64,000 bases of DNA from Actinomycetota bacterium (GCA_030019255.1 JASEFK010000001.1:184367-248366), one strand, 5' to 3'; counted from the first letter of the stretch, positions 9,267-20,086 are shown. Numbers and translations: made by a program. The notes: a model not told the origin generated them from the letters alone.

Positions 9267-10454
9267 TTGCAAGACTCGGAATATTCCAAGCACAGGAGTC
9301 GTTTCCGTGAGGCGATGCGGGAGCGGGAGCTGGACGGGCTACTGGTCACGAGCCTTTCGGACGTGCGTTACCTGTGCGGGTTCAGCGGCTCCAGCGGCCT
9401 GGTGCTCCTTCTCCCCCGCTCGGGATGGTTCCTCACCGACTTCCGCTACCGGGAGCAGTCCCGGGAGGAGGTGGCCGGCCTGCGTACCCTCATCTGCGAG
9501 GAGGATTTCGGCAAGGGATTGCGGGAGATACTGACCCGCTCGAGGGGAGGAACGGCGCCGGGTTCCGCGCGGACGCGGGACCGGGACGTTGCGGGCTGTG
9601 CCGCAGGAGGAACCTCTCCCGGCGCCGCGGGCAGCGCGTCACCACGACCCCTGAGGATCGGGTACGACCCCCGGTCCCTTACCTGCGCGGAGCTGGCCCT
9701 GTACCGGCGGAGGCTGCGAGGGCTGGCCTCCTTGGTCCCACTCAAGGCGGACATGCAGTCGGTGCGGGCCCGCAAGAGCCCGGCGGAAGTGAGGGCTATG
9801 AAAAAGGGAATTCGGGTAGCCGAGGCGGCCTTCCGGGAGGCGCTCCGGGGGCTGGGAGAAAGACCCACCGAGCGGGAGCTGGCCCTGGAACTGGACTTCG
9901 CCGCCCGGCGCCGGGGAGCGGAGGCCGCCGCCTTCGAGACTATAGTGGCCGGTGGGGCGAGGGGAGCCCTGGTGCACGCCCGGCCCTCGGGCTCAAAGCT
10001 CACCGGGGCCGTGGTGGTGGACTGGGGCGTCGTGTTCGAGGGTTACTGCACGGATTGCACGCGCACCGTGGCCCTGGGGCGCGTCCCCGCGGAGATCAGG
10101 AAGGTACACCGCCTGGTCCTGGAGGCCCAGGAGAGGGCCCTGGAGAGGATAAGGCCCGGGGTAAGGGCGAGGGAGGTGGACCGGGTTGCCCGGGAGGTTC
10201 TGGAAAAAGCTGGCTACGGCAAGGCTTTCGGTCATGGCCTGGGGCACGGGGTAGGCCTGGAGGTGCACGAGATGCCGCACCTTTCCCCGCGGAGCCGCGA
10301 TGTCCTGGAGGAGGGCATGGTCTTCACCGTGGAGCCGGGAGTGTATCTTCCCGGGGTGGGAGGTGTGCGGGTGGAGGACATGGTCCTGGTCACCTCCTCG
10401 AGAGCGGAGGTCCTGACCTCCCTTCCCCGTTCCTTGGACCCCTCTGAGTACTGA
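9267..10454 (+). CDS. Xaa-Pro aminopeptidase/dipeptidase (M24B family)
   Basis: 395 aa. The C-terminal half has the M24 pita-bread motifs ([30 protein letters not shown]). The position between aroQ and efp is conserved in Actinobacteria/Firmicutes. Contains a low-complexity insertion (aa ~90-140). Confidence 0.8.
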   Translation: MQDSEYSKHRSRFREAMRERELDGLLVTSLSDVRYLCGFSGSSGLVLLLPRSGWFLTDFRYREQSREEVAGLRTLICEEDFGKGLREILTRSRGGTAPGSARTRDRDVAGCAAGGTSPGAAGSASPRPLRIGYDPRSLTCAELALYRRRLRGLASLVPLKADMQSVRARKSPAEVRAMKKGIRVAEAAFREALRGLGERPTERELALELDFAARRRGAEAAAFETIVAGGARGALVHARPSGSKLTGAVVVDWGVVFEGYCTDCTRTVALGRVPAEIRKVHRLVLEAQERALERIRPGVRAREVDRVAREVLEKAGYGKAFGHGLGHGVGLEVHEMPHLSPRSRDVLEEGMVFTVEPGVYLPGVGGVRVEDMVLVTSSRAEVLTSLPRSLDPSEY

Positions 10455-10512
10455 ATACGGCGTGTGTTAAAATTGGACGCGTGAACGGAGAGGGGAGAGG
10501 AGAGTTGAAGAA

Positions 10513-11073
10513 ATGATCACCACGGCTGATTTCCGCAACGGTATCACCCTGGACCTCGACGGCACCCTCTACACCCTCATCTATTTCCAGCACGTGAAGC
10601 CGGGCAAGGGCGGGGCCTTCGTGCGCACGCGCCTGAAGAACCTCAAGACCGGGGCGGTCATCGAGAAGACCTTCCGCGCCGGGGAGAGGGTGGAGCTGGC
10701 CGTCCTGGACAAGCGGCGCATGCAGTACCTGTACCGGGAGGGCAGTAACTACCTTTTCATGGACCTGGACACCTACGAGCAGTTGCCTATCCCTGAGGAG
10801 GAGGTGGGCGAGGCGGCTAGGTACCTGGTGGAGGGGGTGACCGTGGAGGTCCCCCTCTACGAGGGGAAGCCGGTGGCGGTGGAGCCGCCGGTGTTCGTGG
10901 ACATGGAGGTGGTGGAGACCGCGCCGGGGGTCAAGGGGGACACGGCCAGCGGCGGGAGTAAGCCGGCCACCCTGGAGACGGGCCTGGTGGTAAACGTGCC
11001 CTTCTTCATCGAGGTGGGCAACCGGGTGAGGGTGGATACCCGCAGCGGCGAATACGTGGAGCGGGTGGAGTAA
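10513..11073 (+). CDS. efp: Elongation factor P
   Basis: 186 aa. [21 protein letters not shown] (conserved Lys loop) and the three-domain EF-P pattern. Confidence 0.95.
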   Translation: MITTADFRNGITLDLDGTLYTLIYFQHVKPGKGGAFVRTRLKNLKTGAVIEKTFRAGERVELAVLDKRRMQYLYREGSNYLFMDLDTYEQLPIPEEEVGEAARYLVEGVTVEVPLYEGKPVAVEPPVFVDMEVVETAPGVKGDTASGGSKPATLETGLVVNVPFFIEVGNRVRVDTRSGEYVERVE

Positions 11074-11086
11074 GGAGACGAGGCAC

Positions 11087-11419
11087 ATGCTCGACGCGGG
11101 CGAATACAAGCTGCGCCAAGGGGTGCTGGAGCTTATAGCCGGTATAGCCCTCAACTCCGTGGAGGGAGCCTCGGGGGTGGCTCTTCGCGGTGGGTCTGGG
11201 GAGGAGGGGCGCAGGAAAAAGAACCTCACCAAGGGGATCAAGGCCTCCCCCTCGGAGGGCAGGGTGACCCTGGACCTGGAGGTCCACATGGACTACGGGC
11301 TGGATTTCCACTCCGTGGGCGCCGAGGTACAGCGCCGGGTCAAGGAGGCCGTGGAATCCATGACCGGTTGGTCGGTGGAGGCGGTGAACGTGGACGTAGT
11401 GGGGGTGAACGCCGTTTAG
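11087..11419 (+). CDS. Asp23/Gls24 family (alkaline shock protein-like)
   Basis: 110 aa. GVLELIAGIAL...VEG pattern and position upstream of nusB, as in B. subtilis yqhY. Confidence 0.75.
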   Translation: MLDAGEYKLRQGVLELIAGIALNSVEGASGVALRGGSGEEGRRKKNLTKGIKASPSEGRVTLDLEVHMDYGLDFHSVGAEVQRRVKEAVESMTGWSVEAVNVDVVGVNAV

Positions 11420-12034
11420 GTGAGCGGTTCCCAGCTCTTCAGCCGGCGCACCCTGGCCAGGAAACTGGCCTGCGATGTCCTCTACCGGATGGACCTCACC
11501 GGGGAAGGCCTGGAGGAGGCCGCGGAATCCTTCAGCCGCATGCTCGAGGAGGGGGTGGAGGAGCACCCCCAGCCTCCGGACGGCATCCCGGATATCTCCC
11601 AGGAGCGGGTACGCTTGCTCCTGGGCGAGGAGGCGGAGATCGAGGAGCTCTCCTCCTTCGGGTCCAGCAGCCTCGTGTACCCGGGCGAGCTGCCGGAGTT
11701 CTCCCTCGGCCTGCTGCGGGCCTACCTGGAACACGGGGAGGAGATCGACGGGCTCATCAATTCCTACGCCGACCGCTGGTCGCTGCAACGCATGCCCCTG
11801 GTGGACCGCAACCTTTTGCGGCTGGGCATAGCGGAGCTCCTCTACCTTCCGGATGTACCGCCCGGAGTGACCGTCAACGAGTACGTGGAGCTGGCCAAGG
11901 TCTTCTCCACCGAGGATTCCGGGAAGTTCGTCAACGGCATCCTGGGTCGGGTGGCCCGGGAGAGGAAGGGCATGGGGGAAGGCTTTTCGGCTTCGAAAGA
12001 GGAAAAGGGGGACGGGGGTCGAAGTAATGTTTGA
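11420..12034 (+). CDS. nusB: Transcription antitermination factor NusB
   Basis: 204 aa. RRTLARKLACDVLYRMDL N-terminus and LVDRNLLRLGIAELLY...VPPGVTVNEYVELAK NusB signature. Acidic insertion in the middle. GTG start. Confidence 0.8.
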   Translation: MSGSQLFSRRTLARKLACDVLYRMDLTGEGLEEAAESFSRMLEEGVEEHPQPPDGIPDISQERVRLLLGEEAEIEELSSFGSSSLVYPGELPEFSLGLLRAYLEHGEEIDGLINSYADRWSLQRMPLVDRNLLRLGIAELLYLPDVPPGVTVNEYVELAKVFSTEDSGKFVNGILGRVARERKGMGEGFSASKEEKGDGGRSNV

Positions 12035-12237
12035 AGCCGCGGAACGACCTCGTTCTCCGGCGTTGTCACGTTGCATGGCTGGGGAGGCGACGAAGCGGAC
12101 CGCGTGGTCCGGGATCGGGCCTCATTGGCTTGTGGCGCCAAACGCCAGGTAGGGTATCCTTCCGGTGGCCTCTACGGGAGCCGGTGGAGTGCCCGCCGAG
12201 TTGTTCGCTTCCCGCGGCGGTGATATGATGAATGAAA

Positions 12238-12272
12238 CCTTTAAATCCAGTCCCGTGAGGCTGGCAAGGGAT
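12238..12272 (+). promoter_or_regulatory. PyrR-binding loop (pyr operon attenuation RNA element)
   Basis: AAUCCAGUCCCGUGAGGCUGGCAAGG matches the conserved PyrR binding-loop consensus (ARUCCNGNGAGGCU...GCAAGG). It lies just upstream of a terminator hairpin and of pyrR. Confidence 0.7.
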
Positions 12273-12287
12273 AGCTGATGATGAAAG

Positions 12288-12326
12288 GCAGCCCTCCTGC
12301 GCCGGCCGCAGGGGGGCTTTTTTGGA
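12288..12326 (+). terminator. Intrinsic terminator (pyr leader attenuator)
   Basis: GC-rich hairpin GCCCTCCTGCGCCGGCCGCAGGGGGGC followed by TTTTTT. Confidence 0.75.
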
Positions 12327-12341
12327 GCCTTGAGCAAGGGG

Positions 12342-13026
<685 letters not shown>

Positions 13027-13029
13027 GGC

Positions 13030-13058
13030 CCCGTCCCCGGGACGGGGCTTTTTTTCGG
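13030..13058 (+). terminator. Intrinsic terminator / attenuator between pyrR and pyrB
   Basis: CCCCGTCCCCGGGACGGGGC hairpin followed by TTTTTTT immediately after the pyrR stop. Confidence 0.7.
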
Positions 13059-13103
13059 AACGTAGGCGTCTCCCGGGCCGGGGGCGCGAAGGGAGGGGTT
13101 TGA

Positions 13104-14042
13104 ATGGCCGGTGAAGCCGCGGAGCGGAGGCATCTCCTCGACGTGGACGACCTGACCCGCGAGGACGTGGAGCGGGTCCTGGAGACGGCCCGTTCCTTCT
13201 CTGAGGTCATGCGCCGCCCCATCAAGAAAGTGCCCTCCCTGCGGGGAAAGACGGTGGTAAACCTCTTCTACGAGCCCTCCACCCGCACTCGGCTCTCCTT
13301 CGAGGTGGCCGCCAAGCGCCTCAGCGCCGACGTGCTCAACTTCACCGCCTCCACCTCCAGCGTGGAAAAGGGGGAGAGCCTCAAGGACACCGCCCTAACC
13401 CTGCGGGCCATGGGGGTGGACGCCGTGGTCATCCGCCACCCGGTGGCGGGAACCCCCTGGCTCCTGCGTCGCTGGCTGGACGTCTCGGTGCTCAACGCCG
13501 GGGACGGCATGCACGCCCATCCCACTCAGGCCCTTCTGGACCTCTTCACCATGCGGGAGAGACTCGGGGACCTGGAGGGGAGGACCATCGCCTACGTGGG
13601 GGACATACTCCACTCCCGGGTGGCCCGCTCCGGGTTCAAGGCCTGCCTGGCCATGGGCATGCGGGTCGTTGCCGTGGCTCCTCCCACCCTGCTGCCACCT
13701 GTCCTGCCGGAAGGGGTGGAGGTGTCCTACGACCTGGACGAGGTCATCCCCCGCTGCGACGTCCTCTACATGCTGCGGGTCCAGAAGGAGAGGCTCCTGG
13801 AGGGAAGGTTCCCCTCCCCCCAGGAATATTCCAGGTTTTACCAGTTAAACCTGGAGCGGCTGAGGGCCGCCCGCCCGGGGGTGGTGGTCATGCACCCCGG
13901 GCCCATGAACCGGGGAATGGAGATCGCTTCCGAGGTGGCCGACGCTCCCCACGCGGCCATAACCGCCCAGGTGGCGGCGGGGGTGGCGGTGCGCATGGCC
14001 GTGCTCTTCCTCCTGCTGGGGATGGGGGAGAGGGGGGATTGA
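13104..14042 (+). CDS. pyrB: Aspartate carbamoyltransferase catalytic subunit
   Basis: 312 aa. STRTR, HPTQALLD and HPGP motifs. Confidence 0.9.
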   Translation: MAGEAAERRHLLDVDDLTREDVERVLETARSFSEVMRRPIKKVPSLRGKTVVNLFYEPSTRTRLSFEVAAKRLSADVLNFTASTSSVEKGESLKDTALTLRAMGVDAVVIRHPVAGTPWLLRRWLDVSVLNAGDGMHAHPTQALLDLFTMRERLGDLEGRTIAYVGDILHSRVARSGFKACLAMGMRVVAVAPPTLLPPVLPEGVEVSYDLDEVIPRCDVLYMLRVQKERLLEGRFPSPQEYSRFYQLNLERLRAARPGVVVMHPGPMNRGMEIASEVADAPHAAITAQVAAGVAVRMAVLFLLLGMGERGD

Positions 14043-14043
14043 A

Positions 14044-15390
14044 TTGGCGGATCTACTGCTTCGCGGGGCGCGGGTCATCGATCCCTTCCAGGGCCTGGAC
14101 GAGGTGTTGGACGTGGCCGTATCCCGGGGCCGGGTTTCCGAGGTGGGAAAGGGTCTCTCCGGGGAGGGCCGGGAAGTGCTGGAGGCGGAAGGGCTGGTGC
14201 TCTCGCCGGGATTTTTGGATATGCACGTGCACCTCAGGGACCCGGGGAGGGAGGACGAGGAGACCCTGGAGAGCGGGTTGGAGGCCGCGGTGCGCGGGGG
14301 ATTCACCGCCGTGTGCTGCATGCCCAACACCGACCCTCCCCTGGACAACGCACCCCTGGTGGAGGACCTGGTGCTGCGGGCGCGCGGCCTGGGCCTTGCC
14401 GACCTCTTCCCCGTGGGCTGCGTGACCCGGGGCAGGGAGGGGAAGGAGCTGGCGGAAATGGGGCTCATGTTCGCCAGCGCGGCCCGGGTGAGGGCCTTCT
14501 CCGACGACGGGGACCCGGTGGTCGACTCCGGCCTCATGCGGCGGGCCCTGCAATACGTCCGTAGGTTCGGGGGGGTCATCATTTCCCACCCGGAGGACGT
14601 CAGCCTCTCCCGGGGAGGCCAGGTCAACGAGGGTCGGGTCTCCTTCGCCCTGGGGTTGCGGAGCATTCCCGCCCTCGCCGAGGAGGTGATGGTGGCCCGC
14701 GACCTGCTGCTCGCCGAGGAGACCGGGGCGCGCCTCCACCTGGCTCACCTGAGCACCGCGGGGTCGGTGCGCCTGTTACGGGAGGCCAAAGCGCGGGGGG
14801 TGAGGGTGACCGCCGAGGCCACCCCCCACCACCTGGTCCTGAGCGAATTGGACATCCGGGATTATGACCCGGTATACAAGGTCAACCCTCCCCTGCGCAC
14901 CCCGGAGGACGTGAAGGAATTGCGGCGGGCCCTGGCCGACGGGACCCTGGACGCGGTGGCCACCGACCACGCCCCCCATTCGCCGGAGGAGAAGGAGCGG
15001 GAGTTCGATTACGCCCCCTTCGGCGTGGTGGGAATGGAAAGCGCCTTCCCGGTCCTGTACACGCAGCTGGTGGAGAAGGGGGAACTGGGACTTCCGGTGC
15101 TCATCGAGAGGCTGACCCTGGGCCCGGCGCGGGCCCTGGGACTGGAGCCCCCGGATTACGGGGAGGGGGTACGTCCCGGAGCCAGGGCGGACCTGGTGCT
15201 CCTGGACACGGTGACGGAATGGGTCATCGACGCTTCCGCCTTCGCTTCCCGGGGAAAGAACTGTCCCTTCCACGGTTGGAAAGTGAGGGGAAGGGTGGTC
15301 CTTACCATCAAAGGTGGAAAGGTGGTCTATCGCGCACCGGATTACCGGTGGTCACGCGAACAGGGCGAAAAGGTGAGAGAACGGACCTGA
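14044..15390 (+). CDS. pyrC: Dihydroorotase
   Basis: 448 aa. TTG start. DMHVHLRDPG, CMPNTDPP and DHAPH metal-binding motifs. Confidence 0.9.
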   Translation: MADLLLRGARVIDPFQGLDEVLDVAVSRGRVSEVGKGLSGEGREVLEAEGLVLSPGFLDMHVHLRDPGREDEETLESGLEAAVRGGFTAVCCMPNTDPPLDNAPLVEDLVLRARGLGLADLFPVGCVTRGREGKELAEMGLMFASAARVRAFSDDGDPVVDSGLMRRALQYVRRFGGVIISHPEDVSLSRGGQVNEGRVSFALGLRSIPALAEEVMVARDLLLAEETGARLHLAHLSTAGSVRLLREAKARGVRVTAEATPHHLVLSELDIRDYDPVYKVNPPLRTPEDVKELRRALADGTLDAVATDHAPHSPEEKEREFDYAPFGVVGMESAFPVLYTQLVEKGELGLPVLIERLTLGPARALGLEPPDYGEGVRPGARADLVLLDTVTEWVIDASAFASRGKNCPFHGWKVRGRVVLTIKGGKVVYRAPDYRWSREQGEKVRERT

Positions 15391-15400
15391 AGGACGGTCC

Positions 15401-18325
15401 TTGCGCGGACCTCGACGAGACGAGGGGGTATGGGGATTGAGAATGGTGGACGGCAGGACGGTGCTGGCCGTGGGCCCTGGTCCAGTGACCCTGGACCAGG
15501 GAGCTGGCTTCCAGTATCTAGCAGCGAGAATCTGCCGGCACCTGCGCCGGAGGGGCTTCCGGGTGGCGGTCCTGGAGGACAGTCCGGCCACCCTCATGGA
15601 CGCGGGAGCGGGAGAAGAAGGGGAGCTCTACCTGGAGCCGCCCCTCCCGGAGGTGGTGGTCCGGGTGGCGGAGGAGTGCGGGGCTTCCTCGCTCTGGCTG
15701 GGTACGGCGGGCCGCAGAGGTTGGGCCTTGGCCAGGGAATTGGCGGCGGAGGGGTGGCTGAACCGGGCAGGCCTGGAGATCGCGGATCTACGGGACCGGG
15801 TGCTCTGGGCCTGCGGGGACCGTTCCCTTCTCCGTGAGATGCTGGAGGAAGGGGGGCTCCCCAACCCCGCATTCCGCACGGCATCGAACGTGCGTGAAGC
15901 ACAGGAAGCGGCTTTCGAACTCGGTTTTCCCCTAGTGATCCGCCCGCATTTCTCCAGCGGAGGATGGGGGGCCGGGGTGGCCTTCAACCGGGAGGAGCTG
16001 CCCGACCTGTTCATGGAGGCCTGTGGCAAAAGCCTGGGAGGCGAGGTCCTCATTGAAGAGTACCTTGGCGGGTGGAGGAAATACGTGGTCTGCGTCCTGA
16101 GGGACGGTTGTGGAGGGGTGATGACGGCCGGGATCGTCGAGCAGCTAGAACCACTGCCCCTCCACGAGGAGGACGCCGTGGTGGTCGTGCCTCCCCTGCC
16201 TTCCGGGGAGCTATCCTATGCCCTGGAAGAGATTGCCGGAAAGGCGGCCGAGCTCCTGGGCGTAGTAGGGCTGGCCGAGGTGAAGGTGGCGGTCAGCCGG
16301 GGGTGCGAGAAGGTGTTCGTGCTGGATATGGACGTCGGTCCGAGGAGGGCAACCCCCCTCCTGGAGGTGGCCCTGGGCGCGGACCTGGTGAGTCGACACG
16401 TGGACCTGGTCTGCGGCGGCAAGGTAGAAGACGTTCCCCTAAGTGCGGCACCCAGCGGGACTTACCTGGCCCTGCCCCGCTTCTTCTACCCGGAGGAGGA
16501 GAGGGAGGAGGGCCACCTTCCCCTGGGTTGCCGGGCGGTGGGGAGAACCCTCCTGTGGGGAGGAACCACTGGAGAAGCAGCCCGCACCGCCCTGCGCCTT
16601 CTCGAGGAGGGCGGAAAGGGAATCCGAGAAAGAATCCTCCAGGACCTCAAGGAGCTGGTGCGGCGCGCCGGAGGGGCGCCCGGACGGAGGGAAGATGACA
16701 AGAACCCCGAGGTCGAAGGAGCCCCCTTTACGGAAGGCGTGAAGGGATACGGGTACCCGCTGTGTCTTGCGAGGTCGGCGGAGGGCCTCGGTGGCGGGGG
16801 GACGATGTTCCTGGCCCCGGTGACCCCCCGTCCCGGGAGCGGGCATGAGCTTCACTTCGGCCTTTTCCGCGCCCTGCGTGCCTGGAAGGGACGGGGCGGG
16901 AACGCGGCGGTATACGTGAGCGATCCCGGCTTCGGCCTCTACCTGGTCGGGGAGGCCGACGCCGTCTTCCTGGGCCCCCCCTCCCCGGGAGGAGTGAGGC
17001 GGGCGCTCATGAGTGCGGGGGCGCGCAAGCTGTGCCCCCATTTTGGGGGAGGGGAGGCCTTCGCGCTGGCATGGCGGGTAAGGCAGGAGGGCGGGGATGT
17101 GGAGATACTGGGAGGGTGGGCCGAAGAAGGGGATACAACCGGGTCTCTGCGGCGGCTGCGCTCCTCCGGTCTGCCCCTCGCCGCCTTCGCCGTCGGACGG
17201 GAAGAAGCGGTTGATTTCCTGCGCACCTGCCGGTTCCCCGTGCACCTGACCCTCTTCACCAAAGGCGGGGAGGCGGTGAAGAGGGTGTTCTACTCCGCGG
17301 AGGAGGTCGAGGAATACCTGTCCACGCAATCGGGAGCCACACCTCTGGTGAGGGAATTGAGGGAGGAGTCCCTGGAGGTGATGGTGGAGGCGGTGGCCCG
17401 AAAGGGGAACCTGTCCTGCCTTCTTGCCTGGGAGAGGCTGCAAAGCCCTGGCGGAGATGCCGGGGAGGGGCCGGCCGTCTACCCGCCCCTTCACCTCACC
17501 TCCCAGCAGTACGAGAGGCTGCGGGAGGTGGTGGCGGAGGCCGTAAGGGTGACCGGCTGGAGCGGCAACCTCTCCCTACGCCTGGTGGTGGAGGAGGGGG
17601 AGATGAGGATATGGGACCTCTCTCCAGGGGCCTCCGAGCAGCTCCCCTTCCTCGCCAGGGCTTCCTCGCTGGACCTTCCGGAGCTCGGCCTGGCGGCCCT
17701 CCTGGAGGAGGACGCGCCCTCCGTGTGCCTCGAGGGGACACGGAACGCGGTACGCTATCCCGTCTCGCCCCTCGGGCTCATAGCCGGGGAGGATATCCTT
17801 CTCAACCCCTGCCGGCGCTATACCGGCGAGGTGATGGGAGTGGGCGAGAACCTCGGCTTGGCGCTGGCCAAGATCCTGCGGGGCCTGGGGATGCGTCCCC
17901 CGCCCGGGGGCCGTGTCCTGCTCAGCGTGGCCAACCGGGAGAAGAGGAGGGCGGTACTCCTGGGCCGGGAACTGAACGAGGCGGGATACCGGCTGGCGGC
18001 CACTCGCGGGACGGCGCGGGCCCTACGGGCGGCGGGTATGGAGGTCGAGGAGGTCAACAAGCTCCGCGAAGGGCGGCCCAATGTCCTCGATCTCTTGCGG
18101 AACGGGGAGATACAACTGGTGGTCAACGTACCCCGCGGTCGCCATCCCCACTCGGACGGGTTCTACATACGGGAGGACGCCGCCCGCCACGGCATCCCCT
18201 GCTTCACGAACATGGAAGTAGCCATGGCCCTGGTGAGGGGGATGCGGGCCGCAGGGGAAGGCAGCCGGCCCGTCCGGCCCCTCGGCCGCCCGGTTTCCGA
18301 GGTCACGGCGGGTAGGGGAGGTTGA
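15401..18325 (+). CDS. CarB-like protein (carbamoyl-phosphate synthase large subunit homolog, apparently catalytically degenerate)
   Basis: 974 aa, probable start at ATG 15443. Collinear with CarB. N-term VLAVGPGPVTLDQGAGFQYLAARIC...EDSPATLMD matches GAGPIVIGQACEFDYSG...NSNPATIMTD. Two ATP-grasp-like halves and a recognisable C-terminal MGS-like domain. Many invariant CarB catalytic residues are replaced (for example HTGDS becomes HEEDA). Confidence 0.65.
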   Translation: MRGPRRDEGVWGLRMVDGRTVLAVGPGPVTLDQGAGFQYLAARICRHLRRRGFRVAVLEDSPATLMDAGAGEEGELYLEPPLPEVVVRVAEECGASSLWLGTAGRRGWALARELAAEGWLNRAGLEIADLRDRVLWACGDRSLLREMLEEGGLPNPAFRTASNVREAQEAAFELGFPLVIRPHFSSGGWGAGVAFNREELPDLFMEACGKSLGGEVLIEEYLGGWRKYVVCVLRDGCGGVMTAGIVEQLEPLPLHEEDAVVVVPPLPSGELSYALEEIAGKAAELLGVVGLAEVKVAVSRGCEKVFVLDMDVGPRRATPLLEVALGADLVSRHVDLVCGGKVEDVPLSAAPSGTYLALPRFFYPEEEREEGHLPLGCRAVGRTLLWGGTTGEAARTALRLLEEGGKGIRERILQDLKELVRRAGGAPGRREDDKNPEVEGAPFTEGVKGYGYPLCLARSAEGLGGGGTMFLAPVTPRPGSGHELHFGLFRALRAWKGRGGNAAVYVSDPGFGLYLVGEADAVFLGPPSPGGVRRALMSAGARKLCPHFGGGEAFALAWRVRQEGGDVEILGGWAEEGDTTGSLRRLRSSGLPLAAFAVGREEAVDFLRTCRFPVHLTLFTKGGEAVKRVFYSAEEVEEYLSTQSGATPLVRELREESLEVMVEAVARKGNLSCLLAWERLQSPGGDAGEGPAVYPPLHLTSQQYERLREVVAEAVRVTGWSGNLSLRLVVEEGEMRIWDLSPGASEQLPFLARASSLDLPELGLAALLEEDAPSVCLEGTRNAVRYPVSPLGLIAGEDILLNPCRRYTGEVMGVGENLGLALAKILRGLGMRPPPGGRVLLSVANREKRRAVLLGRELNEAGYRLAATRGTARALRAAGMEVEEVNKLREGRPNVLDLLRNGEIQLVVNVPRGRHPHSDGFYIREDAARHGIPCFTNMEVAMALVRGMRAAGEGSRPVRPLGRPVSEVTAGRGG

Positions 18326-18328
18326 GGT

Positions 18329-19129
18329 TTGCCACCCCTTCTCTTCAGGGCGCCGGTGGTGGAGAGGCGGGATTATGGCTGCGCTTCGGAGGTCGTCTTC
18401 CGGGTGCCTCCCGGGTTCTCACTCCACCCGGGACAGTTCCTGCATCTCCTCTGCGAGGGAGAGGGAAGGATAGTGCGCCGCCCCTTCAGCGTCTTCCGGC
18501 ACCGCGGGGAGACCGCCTCCGTTCTGGTCAGGGAGGCGGGCGGGGGTTCGGCCTGGCTGCGTCGGAGGAGGCCGGGGGACGAGCTGGACGTCCTGGGTCC
18601 CCTGGGAAGGGGGTTCGACCCACCGGTGGAGGGCGAAGAAGTTATCCTGGTCGCCGGAGGGGTGGGAGTGGCCCCCCTGGCCTGTCTCGGCCGCTGGCTG
18701 CGGGAGAGGGGTGGGAGGGTGACCTTCCTCTGGGGGATGGAGAGCGGAGCGGAGTACGGCACCCTTCCCGAGGTGCTGGCGGAAGAGCTCGACCTACGCC
18801 TGGCCACCGCGGACGGTTCCCGGGGGGAGGAGGGGACGGTACTCGACCTCCTGCCTCCGAAGACGCCTCCCGTGGGGCGCCGGTACTACGCCTGCGGCCC
18901 GCGGCCCATGCTGCTGGCCCTGGCGGAACGGTTGTCCCCCGGCGGCCTTTCTTCCCTCCAGGTGAGCGTGGAGGAGAGGATGGCCTGCGGGCTGGGCGCC
19001 TGCCGGGGGTGCGCGGTGCCCGCGGCGGATCCACCCGGGGGCTACCTGGCGGCCTGCCGGGACGGACCGGTTTTCAGGGGGGAGGAACTGGATTGGCACC
19101 GACTAAGGGGGTCAGGTCTTGAATCGTGA
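18329..19129 (+). CDS. pyrK: Dihydroorotate dehydrogenase electron transfer subunit
   Basis: 266 aa. FAD/NAD-binding fold and C-terminal 2Fe-2S motif ERMACGLGACRGCAV. Confidence 0.85.
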   Translation: MPPLLFRAPVVERRDYGCASEVVFRVPPGFSLHPGQFLHLLCEGEGRIVRRPFSVFRHRGETASVLVREAGGGSAWLRRRRPGDELDVLGPLGRGFDPPVEGEEVILVAGGVGVAPLACLGRWLRERGGRVTFLWGMESGAEYGTLPEVLAEELDLRLATADGSRGEEGTVLDLLPPKTPPVGRRYYACGPRPMLLALAERLSPGGLSSLQVSVEERMACGLGACRGCAVPAADPPGGYLAACRDGPVFRGEELDWHRLRGSGLES

Positions 19130-19147
19130 TACCCAAGGGGGTATGGA

Positions 19148-20086
19148 GTGAAGTCAGCTGAGGGAATCGATCTGAGGGTGGAGCTTGCGGGAATCTCCCT
19201 GAAGAACCCTTTCCTGGTCTGCTCGGGCACATTCGGCAACGGCAGGGAGATGTCCGAGCTAGTGGACCTCAACGCCCTGGGGGGCTTGATGACCAAGGCG
19301 GTGACCCTCGAGCCCTGCGCGGGGAACCCTCCTCCCCGCCTCTGGGAGACTCCATCGGGGATGCTGAATTCCATAGGCCTGGAGAACAAGGGCCTGGAGA
19401 GGTTCCTGGCCGAGGATCTGTCCTGGCTCTCCCGCTTCAACCTGCCGGTGTGGGTGAACGTGGCCGGCTTCAGCGCCCGGGAGTACGTGGAGGTGGCGGG
19501 GGAGGTTTCCCGCTCCGGGCTGGCCGCGGCGGTGGAGCTCAACATTTCCTGCCCCAACGTGGAAAAAGGAGGGGCCCACTTCTCGCGCCATCCCCGGGAG
19601 GCGGCAGGGCTGGTGGCCCGGGTGCGCGAGGCGGTGGACATCCCGCTCTTCGTCAAGCTGCCCCCGCTTCCGGGCGGCATGCGGGATATGGCCCGCGCCG
19701 TGGCCGAGGCGGGAGCCGACGGACTGTCCCTGATCAACACCATCCCCGGCATGGCCATTGACGTGGAGAGGGGATGTCCCCGCCTGGGGAACGTGACCGG
19801 AGGGCTTTCCGGCCCCGCCATCCATCCGGTGGCCGTGCACGCGGTCTGGGAGGCCTCGGGTTCCGTAGACCTCCCGATCATCGGCATGGGGGGGATATGG
19901 TCGTGCTCCGACGCCGTGGAAATGTTCATGGCCGGGGCCGGAGCGGTGGCCGTGGGCACCCTGAACCTCGTGGACCCCCGGGCGGTGCCCCGCCTGGTGG
20001 AGGAGCTGGCGGGGTTCATGCGGCGAAAGGGTTACCGCAGGGTCTCGGAGATGGTGGGTCTCCTCCGCCGGAGGGGGTGGGGATGA
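19148..20086 (+). CDS. pyrD: Dihydroorotate dehydrogenase (class 1B) catalytic subunit
   Basis: 312 aa. NPFLVCSGTFG, NSIGLENKG and GGI motifs. Confidence 0.9.
   Translation: MKSAEGIDLRVELAGISLKNPFLVCSGTFGNGREMSELVDLNALGGLMTKAVTLEPCAGNPPPRLWETPSGMLNSIGLENKGLERFLAEDLSWLSRFNLPVWVNVAGFSAREYVEVAGEVSRSGLAAAVELNISCPNVEKGGAHFSRHPREAAGLVARVREAVDIPLFVKLPPLPGGMRDMARAVAEAGADGLSLINTIPGMAIDVERGCPRLGNVTGGLSGPAIHPVAVHAVWEASGSVDLPIIGMGGIWSCSDAVEMFMAGAGAVAVGTLNLVDPRAVPRLVEELAGFMRRKGYRRVSEMVGLLRRRGWG

Noticed and set aside
9374-10447. 357-aa ORF in an alternate + frame
   Set aside because: Alternate frame of the M24 peptidase gene. Extreme Gly/Pro/Arg composition. The peptidase frame carries the conserved motifs.
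11368-12027. 219-aa + ORF overlapping nusB
   Set aside because: Alternate frame of nusB. Gly/Arg/Pro-rich.
16439-17494. 351-aa minus-strand ORF, plus several other ORFs inside the CarB-like gene
   Set aside because: Antisense or alternate frames of the CarB-like ORF. Low complexity.
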